From: a virus
Length of the DNA: 64,000 bases
Direction: 5' to 3' (one strand)
Virus record (IMG/VR): IMGVR_UViG_3300042868_005339
Part shown: one piece after another, positions 42,727 through 49,948 of the stretch
Layout: each line of letters opens with the position of its first letter
Numbering within the stretch: position 1 is the first letter of the stretch
Program-made: the position numbers and the translations under genes
The notes under the pieces: model-generated
Databases searched by the model: none
Told to the model about the DNA's origin: nothing
Seen by the model: the letters and a program-made list of their open reading frames with translations, nothing else

Positions 42727-43074
42727 GTGGCTCTAAATTACCATGGAATCTTGCGACATTTCCCAAATGCCAGTCCCGATCTGCTCGCTTACAATTCCAA
42801 GCAAGTTACCATCATGGAACGAGATTCTAGGGATGCACCATTGGGCAAGAAAAAAGTTCAAGGATCAACTAGCCAAAGAATTCTTGTCCGTGTTACGAGC
42901 GTCCGCAAACGACTTATCGACGAAGACAATTTGTGCGAAAAATATCATGTCGATTTATGCAGATACGCTGGAATCATATCTGGCGATGAAGCAAGCAAAA
43001 CAAAAATTGAGACAATCCAACGCAAGGCAGAAAAAGGCGAAGAAGAAAAAGTGATTATTGATATTTTCTCTTGA
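42727..43074 (+). CDS. RusA-like Holliday-junction resolvase candidate (frame/N-terminus uncertain)
   Basis: GTG start 5 nt after GGAGGG. RLIDEDNLCEKYHVDLCRYAGIISGDE resembles the RusA D-x-DN...DD core. An overlapping frame (42743-43054) carries a PS-x-N...HW N-terminal-like motif. Confidence 0.5.
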   Translation: MALNYHGILRHFPNASPDLLAYNSKQVTIMERDSRDAPLGKKKVQGSTSQRILVRVTSVRKRLIDEDNLCEKYHVDLCRYAGIISGDEASKTKIETIQRKAEKGEEEKVIIDIFS

Positions 43075-43102
43075 AAAGCTAAACGCTTAGGTTATTATCA
43101 TT

Positions 43103-43243
43103 ATGAATGAAAACAAAAATCCAAACGCAGTTGAACTTGGAAAAAAAGGCGGCAGCGCAAAAAGTATGGCTAAGTCACAATCGTCTAAACTTAATGGCAA
43201 AAAGGGCGGAAGACCGAAAAAAAATGGTGGGAAATCAATTTGA
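43103..43243 (+). CDS. Lys/Gly-rich 46-aa leader ORF upstream of paralog 3
   Basis: Not in the track. MNENKNPNAVELGKKGGSAKSMAKSQSSKLNGKKGGRPKKNGGKSI. Confidence 0.4.
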   Translation: MNENKNPNAVELGKKGGSAKSMAKSQSSKLNGKKGGRPKKNGGKSI

Positions 43244-43868
43244 TAACCTTTTGGTTCTTGATCATCAATTTCAATATCTAAAAAACAAATGGTACTGCTT
43301 TTGTGCATGTAGTTGTGGAAACAAAAAATGGATAGGCATTGATGGGAAAAAGCTGAAGCAGAAAAGTTGCGGTTGCCTAAAAGGTAAAAATTCACCTGTA
43401 AAACACGGGCAATACAGAGGTGATACTGAATCAAAAACTCACATGGCTTGGAGATCTATGCTTAACAGATGTTATGGATCAAAACCTCAACATGTGAATT
43501 ATCGCAAACGTGGTATTCAAGTGTGTAACCGTTGGAGATTTGGTGAAAATGGAGAAAGTCCGTTTGATCTGTTTTTTAAAGATGTTGGTCATCCTCCAGA
43601 TTCATCTTACTCATTAGACAGAATCAATAATAATGGAAATTATGAGCCGTGCAACGTGAGATGGGCAACGGCAAAGCAACAAGCTGAGAATCGTTGTGAC
43701 TCTAAATTTTTAACTTTAAATGGAGAGTCTAAACTGCTTACTCAATGGTGCCGTGAATTGAACTGGCCTTATTCTGTAATATGGAACAGAATCCAAAATG
43801 GATGGAGCGATGAAGAAATTTTAACAACACCAAAAGGTGTAAGAAGATGCCGGAGGACAATCAAATAA
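43224..43868 (+). CDS. homing-endonuclease-like protein, paralog 3 (start taken where family similarity begins)
   Basis: MVGNQFDNLLVL...WYCFCACSCGNKK...SCGCLK...YSLDRINNNGNYEPCNVRWATAKQQAEN...GWSDEEILTTP. The track ORF extends to 43107. Confidence 0.7.
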   Translation: MVGNQFDNLLVLDHQFQYLKNKWYCFCACSCGNKKWIGIDGKKLKQKSCGCLKGKNSPVKHGQYRGDTESKTHMAWRSMLNRCYGSKPQHVNYRKRGIQVCNRWRFGENGESPFDLFFKDVGHPPDSSYSLDRINNNGNYEPCNVRWATAKQQAENRCDSKFLTLNGESKLLTQWCRELNWPYSVIWNRIQNGWSDEEILTTPKGVRRCRRTIK

Positions 43869-44110
43869 TGCCCAACTCAAAACAACCATCCGCAGAATGC
43901 CGCCTTCACAATCAGTTGGCTCGCACACTTAATGGAACGAAGGCATCAAAAGATGAGACAACTCAAGTTCTCATCCACCTGTTAGCCATTCAGATCGCCA
44001 GCTACGACCCATTGATGCGCGATGCAGTTTGGGAATGTGCTGTCGATACACTGGACGACATGGTTGAGGACATCGCATCAGAGATCGACGCACACTTTAT
44101 CAATAACTGA
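43847..44110 (+). CDS. hypothetical protein
   Basis: 87-aa ORF. An alternative start is ATG 43868, overlapping the upstream TAA. Confidence 0.5.
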   Translation: MPEDNQIMPNSKQPSAECRLHNQLARTLNGTKASKDETTQVLIHLLAIQIASYDPLMRDAVWECAVDTLDDMVEDIASEIDAHFINN

Positions 44111-44112
44111 AT

Positions 44113-44487
44113 ATGAATACACCAGAAACAGATGCGGCTGAGAAAATGGCTTTCTCCCAAGAGTACATGGTTCCTACAGACTTTGCCCGCAAAATTGAGC
44201 TAGAACGGAACAGTATCATCAAGAAATCTGCCGAATTGGAGATTAAATGCCTCAAAATAGGTGAAGTGATCACCGAGTTAAACCAACGCCTTCAAGATCG
44301 CCAAGAGAGCTTCCAGGCGCAACTGATCCGCATCGAGGATATATGGCGTGGGAAGCTGGTCGAATCGCGCAAGGATGCGGACAGGCTTTACAATTGCCTG
44401 CTCGAAGCTCAATTTGGCGAAGCCTTGGACATTGCCTATGTGCAGAACATTCTAGCGCAGCACGAAGAACTGGCCGCGATTGGGTAG
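44113..44487 (+). CDS. hypothetical coiled-coil protein
   Basis: 124-aa ORF. Confidence 0.55.
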   Translation: MNTPETDAAEKMAFSQEYMVPTDFARKIELERNSIIKKSAELEIKCLKIGEVITELNQRLQDRQESFQAQLIRIEDIWRGKLVESRKDADRLYNCLLEAQFGEALDIAYVQNILAQHEELAAIG

Positions 44488-44583
44488 TTTTTGTTGACTG
44501 GGTGTTTTGATGCAGTAGCGTTGGTTTGTCGAAGTTCTTGGGAGTAGTGTCCATCGTGAATTAGACGCCTTTAGAAAATCATT

Positions 44584-44662
44584 GGCCGCTCAGGCCGCTT
44601 CCTCGCCGGGTTAAAATCCGGGTCACTACCGGGGAGGCAACCTGAGCGGCCTTTTTGTTTTT
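44584..44662 (+). terminator. strong rho-independent terminator (long compound hairpin plus T-run)
   Basis: GGCCGCTCAGG (44584-44594) pairs with CCTGAGCGGCC (44641-44651). Inner stem CCTCGCCGG/CCGGGGAGG. Followed by TTTTTGTTTTT. Confidence 0.7.
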
Positions 44663-44665
44663 AAG

Positions 44666-45034
44666 ATGCACAACTGGTACGCAAATCTCCTCCTTGATCA
44701 CCGATGGCTAGCGAAGCGCAAAGAAGCACTCCATCATGATCAATATACCTGCCAGAACTGCGGCAGGAAAAACCCAGAAGTAACGCTTTGCGTCCACCAT
44801 CTTGGATACGTTACTGGTTGGATGCCGTGGGATTACCCATTGACGCTTCTTCAAACACTGTGCCTTGGTTGTCATAACGAAGTTCACGCAGGACAGAAGC
44901 CGCATTATGTCATTTGCACCACTTGTGGAGGTCTAACTCCAGATTCAAAAGCCAACGGAAGAAATGACAAGCACGAGTGGATTTGCGAGGATTGCATTTT
45001 GAAATCAATACAACTAGAAAATAAAGATCAATGA
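44666..45034 (+). CDS. HNH endonuclease (CxxC plus HNH), paralog of 2157-2714
   Basis: YTCQNCGR...CVHHLGY...LQTLCLGCHNEVH. Starts 4 nt after the terminator. Confidence 0.7.
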   Translation: MHNWYANLLLDHRWLAKRKEALHHDQYTCQNCGRKNPEVTLCVHHLGYVTGWMPWDYPLTLLQTLCLGCHNEVHAGQKPHYVICTTCGGLTPDSKANGRNDKHEWICEDCILKSIQLENKDQ

Positions 45035-45840
45035 AGCGTTTTACATCAACACTGAAATGGACAGATCCATGGTTTCGCCGTCTTTCGGCAAGCGCAAAGA
45101 TGCTTTGGTATTATGCCCTGGATCACTGCGATCACATTGGAATCGTTGAGCTTGATCTCGACTTGGTTTCTCATGATTGCGGAATCAAATGTAACGATAA
45201 AAGTGTTTCAGAATTGGGAGACAGGATACAGGCCATTGGTGGCAATCGTTACTTCATTCCCAAGTTCATTGGCTTCCAATATGGCAAGCTGAGCACTGCA
45301 TGCAGACCCCATGAAAAGGTGATTGAGGCCATCAATACCCATGGATTGGTGCTCACACCGAGCGGTTATCGGTATCCTGTTGCCCAAGAAGTGAAGGGTA
45401 TTGATAGGGTATCTGAACTTTCAGAAGGGGTATCTGGGGTTTTTAATACCCCTCATGTACAAGATAAGGATAATACAGGACAAGAAGAAGATAAGAACAA
45501 GAAGAAGGGAACCCTTTCCGATCTTCAAGATTTCTGTCGCAACAACGGCTTATTTCCACGGGATGCCGATTACCTCTGGAATCGTTGGGAATCCAACGGA
45601 TGGCAAAATGCCAACAAGCCAATCAAGGACTGGCGTGCGACGGTCAGGGCATGGAAGGCTCAGGGATACCTGCCAAGCCAAAAACAATCGCTTCCAACGG
45701 ATGTTTGGGATGAGCCAAGATCACAGGAGCCAGACATCGACCTCATGGCCCTTATGCTTGAGAATCGAGCCAAGGCCATTGCCAAGGAAGCCGAGGCATC
45801 AGAAGAGCCATCTCTCACCAAGGAGTCCACATGGAGCTAA
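45031..45840 (+). CDS. replisome-organiser / DnaD-like replication protein candidate
   Basis: WTDPWFRRLSASAKMLWYYALDHCDHIGIVELD. Directly upstream of the primase-helicase and overlapping it. Confidence 0.5.
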   Translation: MKRFTSTLKWTDPWFRRLSASAKMLWYYALDHCDHIGIVELDLDLVSHDCGIKCNDKSVSELGDRIQAIGGNRYFIPKFIGFQYGKLSTACRPHEKVIEAINTHGLVLTPSGYRYPVAQEVKGIDRVSELSEGVSGVFNTPHVQDKDNTGQEEDKNKKKGTLSDLQDFCRNNGLFPRDADYLWNRWESNGWQNANKPIKDWRATVRAWKAQGYLPSQKQSLPTDVWDEPRSQEPDIDLMALMLENRAKAIAKEAEASEEPSLTKESTWS

Positions 45841-47588
45841 GCGTTGCTCAAATCAGCGAGCGATTAGCCGCTCAAACACTTACAGTATGCTCAATGCTGC
45901 TTCCTGGTGGCAAACTGGTGCATGGCAAGGAATGGGTCTGCGGAGACATCAGTGGCAAGCCGGGAGAAAGCCTCAAGGTTTGCGTTTACGGGCAGTTTAT
46001 GGGTCAGTGGCAGGATTGGAGCAACGACACCGATAAGGGCGATCTAATCGACCTGTGGCGCTGCGTGAAGGGTTGCACGCAGGCTGAAGCCATCAAGCAG
46101 GCTAAGCAGTGGCTTGGAATCGTTGATGCAGTAAAAATCCAGGAGCAGAAGAGATACGCAAAACCTCCAATTATCAAATCTGAGATTCTCCATAACGATG
46201 GAGGAGCGATGAAGTATCTGCGAGAGAAGAGGGGTTTGAGTCCAGAAATTGTCAAGGCGCTCAAAATAGAAGGCAGCAGAGAAAAGCAGGCGATTGTTTT
46301 TCCGTCGTATTCCCCTAGTGGCGAATTGATCAATCGTTCATACCGAACACTTGGTGCCGATAAGAAGGTTTGGCAGGACAAAGAATGCGCCCCATCGTTA
46401 TTTGGCTGGCAATGCCTCTCACAAGCGTCGTACACGAATCGGGTGGTCTTACTCTCAGAGGGGCAGATCGACTGCGCTACATGGCTGCAATGGGGCATTC
46501 CAGCCCTTTCTATACCAAATGGCACTGGATGCTCGTGGATCGACTATGAATGGGATAATCTCGCCCCATTTGACACGTTTTATCTGGCTTTTGATCAAGA
46601 TGAAGCTGGAATGAAAATAACCGAGACTGTGATGGGCAGGTTGGGCAAGCACCGTTGTCTTATTGTGGCAATGCCAAAAAAAGACGCCAACGATTGCCTT
46701 CAAGCTGGATACACATCGGAGGATGCTCAGTCTTGGATCAAAGCTGCAAAAGCTCCCAAAATCAAAAGGTTGGTAACCGCCGCTGAGATGGAGACGCGGC
46801 TTCTTGCGGAAATCCAGTACAAAGATGAGGCGTTCACGCTGCCGATGTTTGCTGGAAACTGGCCTCACACTGGCTTCTATTTCCGTCCAGGAGAGGTAAC
46901 CCTTTGGGGTGGATTCTCACATGCTGGTAAATCAACGATGCTAAACTTTGTCAAATCATCGCTGCTTGCCAACCAGACGAGAATTTTTGAAGCCTCCATG
47001 GAAATGAAGGTTGAAACAATGCTTAGAAAGCTGGCTAAAATTTTCCTGAATGAACGGCTAACAGACGAGACGGCCAAGCAGTTTGTGCGAGGCGTTGGTG
47101 AAAACCTTGTCTATGCAGATGTGGTTGGCTCCATGAAGCAGGCTGAGTTGATGGAAATGATGTGGTTCTCGTTTCGGCGTTATGGATGCACGCATTTCCT
47201 TATCGACTCGCTGATGCGAATTCAAGACCTTGAGGAAGATTATCCAGCGCAGGGTGAGTTCTGTAATCGTCTGCAAGACTTTGCCAAAGAAACTGGCGGG
47301 CATGTGCATTTGGTAGCTCACCTTGGTAAGCCGTCACAGGCTATAGATCGACCATCCATGTATTCCATCAAAGGCTCAAGCCTATTGGTCAACAATGCAG
47401 ACAATGTTTTGCTCGTATGCAGAAATCCTGACAAGGAGAAGCTGAGAAAGGCAAACAAGCTGTCGGAAGAGCAAGATAAAAACATGCACGACACAGAAAT
47501 CATCGTTGAGAAGCAGCGAGAAACTGGATGGCTTAACACATTCAAACTTAAGTTTGATCCGATCAGATTCACATATAGGAAGTTTTAA
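45831..47588 (+). CDS. bifunctional primase (Toprim) / DnaB-like replicative helicase
   Basis: LLSEGQIDCATW...FDQDEAG (Toprim). GGFSHAGKSTML (Walker A). HFLIDSLM (Walker B). Confidence 0.85.
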   Translation: MELSVAQISERLAAQTLTVCSMLLPGGKLVHGKEWVCGDISGKPGESLKVCVYGQFMGQWQDWSNDTDKGDLIDLWRCVKGCTQAEAIKQAKQWLGIVDAVKIQEQKRYAKPPIIKSEILHNDGGAMKYLREKRGLSPEIVKALKIEGSREKQAIVFPSYSPSGELINRSYRTLGADKKVWQDKECAPSLFGWQCLSQASYTNRVVLLSEGQIDCATWLQWGIPALSIPNGTGCSWIDYEWDNLAPFDTFYLAFDQDEAGMKITETVMGRLGKHRCLIVAMPKKDANDCLQAGYTSEDAQSWIKAAKAPKIKRLVTAAEMETRLLAEIQYKDEAFTLPMFAGNWPHTGFYFRPGEVTLWGGFSHAGKSTMLNFVKSSLLANQTRIFEASMEMKVETMLRKLAKIFLNERLTDETAKQFVRGVGENLVYADVVGSMKQAELMEMMWFSFRRYGCTHFLIDSLMRIQDLEEDYPAQGEFCNRLQDFAKETGGHVHLVAHLGKPSQAIDRPSMYSIKGSSLLVNNADNVLLVCRNPDKEKLRKANKLSEEQDKNMHDTEIIVEKQRETGWLNTFKLKFDPIRFTYRKF

Positions 47589-47638
47589 AATCCCACTTGC
47601 ATCCCAACCAAAAACGGACGTATAGTTAGACACCGAAT

Positions 47639-47851
47639 ATGAAAACCATTGATGAACTGGAAAAAATGCTACTCGAACTCTCATGGGTTCTAGTTGATGA
47701 TCGCCTGCCAACCAAAGAAGACGCCCTGCGTCCGATGAACGGACGAAGCGCGCTGATTACCAGCACCCACCACTGCGTAGCCGGTCTCCCGGCGAGTCAC
47801 ATGATAGTTTTTAGCCATCTTCTTGGTCTCCTATTTGCAATCCCTTTATAA
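47639..47851 (+). pseudogene. possible truncated DUF551-like gene
   Basis: MKTIDELEKMLLELSWVLVDDRLPTKED is protein-like. After about 47715 the composition turns GC-rich and the translation loses protein character. Confidence 0.3.
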
Positions 47852-47963
47852 AGCCTAGAATTGGGCTTGACCCCCACTGGCTGATCTTGCAGAATCGGTG
47901 CGCTTTGAACCAACCTGCTACCAGGAGGGTGTCTCCAGCAAGGGACACCATCTGAAGCAAAGG

Positions 47964-48004
47964 AGCCGGTTCCGGTTGCACCCGGAATCGGCTTCTCTGT
48001 TTTG
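47964..48004 (+). terminator. rho-independent terminator candidate
   Basis: AGCCGGTTCCGG / CCGGAATCGGCT 12-bp stem (one G.U), loop TTGCAC, then TCTCTGTTTTGG. Confidence 0.5.
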
Positions 48005-48073
48005 GAATTCGACTTTCCATTGCTCCAAAATGGATGTTTACAAAAGATGGTCAAGGATATATTTCTTTAAACC

Positions 48074-49153
48074 ATGACCACCGAAGCCCCCGACATCTTT
48101 TCTAAACGGCTTCGTCAAGCGCGAGCGATGAAGGGTTTAGCCCTGAGAGGATTAGCAGATGCGATTGGCGGAGCGGTCTCTCACACTGCTCTTGCCAAAT
48201 ATGAAGCAGGTCAGATGCAGCCAGACTCCACTGTTTTGATCAAGCTCTGTGACGCACTGGATCAGGTGCCTGATTATTTCTTCCGCCCATTCACCATCAC
48301 CCTCCAGGATGTTCGATTCAGGAAGAAGGCTTCACTTGGTGTGAAGGCTGAGCAGGCGGTTCGGGAGCGAGCCATGGAGTATTTTGAGCGCTACCATGAG
48401 ATCGAACAAATTGTGGATGCCCCCAGCAAGTTCCCTGGCCGGTTATCAGGGCCTAGCATCAAGACTCCTGAAGCCGCTGAAAAGATGGCGGATGAACTGC
48501 GCAAGGAATGGAAGCTCGGACGAGATCCACTGCCGAATGTGATCGAGCTGATCGAGTCACATGGCATCAAGGTGTTTGAACTAGCAAATGCTGACCAGGA
48601 TTTTGACGGATTCTCTGCTGAGACTGAGGCTGGCCCTGTCATCGTGCTGGCTGACTGGCTGAATGTGAACCTGCTGAGGAAGCGCATGACTGCCGTTCAT
48701 GAGCTGGCGCATCTTGTCTTGCCTCTCGCCAAGAACCTTTCCGAGAAGGAGGAGGAAGACATTGTGAAACGTTTCGCGGGTGCATTGCTCTTGCCCAAGG
48801 AGAGCTTTGAGCAGACTTTTGGAAAGCACCGGACCAGTTTGAGCCTGGGGGAGCTGATCGAGATGAAGGCTAATTTTGGTGCCTCCATCTGGGCCATCAT
48901 GATGAGAGCACGACAGCTAGGACTCATCGGCGAACAGGTGTTCTTGCGCTTCTGCCGGGAGGCGAATGCTTGGCGTGCTCAAAAACGTGAACCTGGTGAT
49001 GACCTGTATCGTGGAAACGAGAGCCACTCCCGATTCAAACAACTGGTTCATCGTGCGGTCGCCGAGGAATGCATCAGCGCATCGAAAGCTTCAAGCTTGC
49101 TCGGGCAGACCATTGGTGAGTTCCGAAAAGAGTTCCGGGAGGTGTTTTCCTGA
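48074..49153 (+). CDS. fused XRE HTH plus ImmA/IrrE (COG2856) metallopeptidase-domain protein
   Basis: LRQARAMKGLALRGLADAIGGAVSHTALAKYEAG (HTH). MTAVHELAHLVLP (HExxH). Confidence 0.75.
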   Translation: MTTEAPDIFSKRLRQARAMKGLALRGLADAIGGAVSHTALAKYEAGQMQPDSTVLIKLCDALDQVPDYFFRPFTITLQDVRFRKKASLGVKAEQAVRERAMEYFERYHEIEQIVDAPSKFPGRLSGPSIKTPEAAEKMADELRKEWKLGRDPLPNVIELIESHGIKVFELANADQDFDGFSAETEAGPVIVLADWLNVNLLRKRMTAVHELAHLVLPLAKNLSEKEEEDIVKRFAGALLLPKESFEQTFGKHRTSLSLGELIEMKANFGASIWAIMMRARQLGLIGEQVFLRFCREANAWRAQKREPGDDLYRGNESHSRFKQLVHRAVAEECISASKASSLLGQTIGEFRKEFREVFS

Positions 49154-49158
49154 CGGCA

Positions 49159-49281
49159 ATGAAGATTGCAGTCAAAGACGCCTGTGTGTTGATCGACCTG
49201 ATCAACGGAGGTCTGATTGGTGCCTGGTTTAAGCTTGGCATTGAGACATGGACGACAGATCCGACTGACAATCAAGCGTAA
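49159..49281 (+). pseudogene. 40-aa remnant resembling the N-terminus of a PIN-like nuclease
   Basis: Not in the track. MKIAVKDACVLIDLINGGLIGAWFKLGIETW... stops after 40 aa, 18 nt from the converging late gene. Confidence 0.35.
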
Positions 49282-49299
49282 GCTCAAGCAGAAGTTATG

Positions 49300-49947
49300 T
49301 TACTTCATCCAACAAGGATGATCTGTCGGCCACTTTTCACGAAGCTCAGGCTCGTCCATGGCATCTTTTGGGCACCAGCACTTCATACGAAGATCGCAAC
49401 TGCAAATCTGGCACGTCTTCAACAACGGATCGCTAGGCGTATGCCGACTCGTTAAGAACTGGTTGATATGCCCAACAAGGCTACGAGTTGAGCAACTAAC
49501 ACAGAACTCCACAATTTTGTCCGTGTTCTTCGGGCAAGTTGCACAAATAGCCGCTCTTCGATTTGCTTCTTCTTGATCCACAAGCTCGCCAGCTAAGTAC
49601 GGCTTGACTGCAGAGTTGTAGAACCGCTTCATCATCTGAAACGCTCCAATTTTAGCCTCGCTATCAGGATCGCGCTCGACACACAAGTCAGGACGATGCT
49701 GGCAAAATGCTGCTTGCATGATGAGGCCAAGATTCGCTGGAATCTCAATGCCATTTCCCTCCAGGTGCTCTTGAACGGATTTCGCTAGATCACGCCATCC
49801 GTATCTAACGAATACCGTGTTTGTGGCTTCAACGTGGTAGAAGAATCCGTAGGTATCACCCGTGATAACAGACGTTGGAAATAACTCACGCAGCTTCGCG
49901 TGGTTAAATTCCTTTGGGATGGTATTTTTGCGGATGAGTTCCTGCAT
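49300..49947 (-). CDS. Cys-rich (multi-CxxC) hypothetical protein downstream of the giant gene
   Basis: ICATCPKN...FCVSCS...TCQICSCDLRMKCWCP. Confidence 0.6.
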   Translation of the reverse strand: MQELIRKNTIPKEFNHAKLRELFPTSVITGDTYGFFYHVEATNTVFVRYGWRDLAKSVQEHLEGNGIEIPANLGLIMQAAFCQHRPDLCVERDPDSEAKIGAFQMMKRFYNSAVKPYLAGELVDQEEANRRAAICATCPKNTDKIVEFCVSCSTRSLVGHINQFLTSRHTPSDPLLKTCQICSCDLRMKCWCPKDAMDEPELREKWPTDHPCWMK

Positions 49948-49948
49948 G

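Noticed and set aside
42743-43054. The 103-aa frame as an independent gene
   Set aside because: Its second half is Lys/Ala/Gln-rich junk typical of an out-of-frame reading, and its ATG has no leader. Only its first ~38 codons look meaningful, so it is reported as a possible frameshift partner rather than as a separate CDS.
44584-44651. Possible tRNA or other small RNA gene in the structured 68-nt segment
   Set aside because: The outer stem is 11 bp. There is no D-arm/T-arm/anticodon-arm geometry or GTTC-type T-loop. It is followed directly by a T-run, so it fits a compound intrinsic terminator. I found no tRNA-like sequence elsewhere either.
45401-46036. 211-aa plus-strand ORF overlapping the replication-organiser and primase-helicase genes
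   Set aside because: It is an alternative frame of two well-supported genes, and its translation is Arg/Gly/Pro/Ser-rich.
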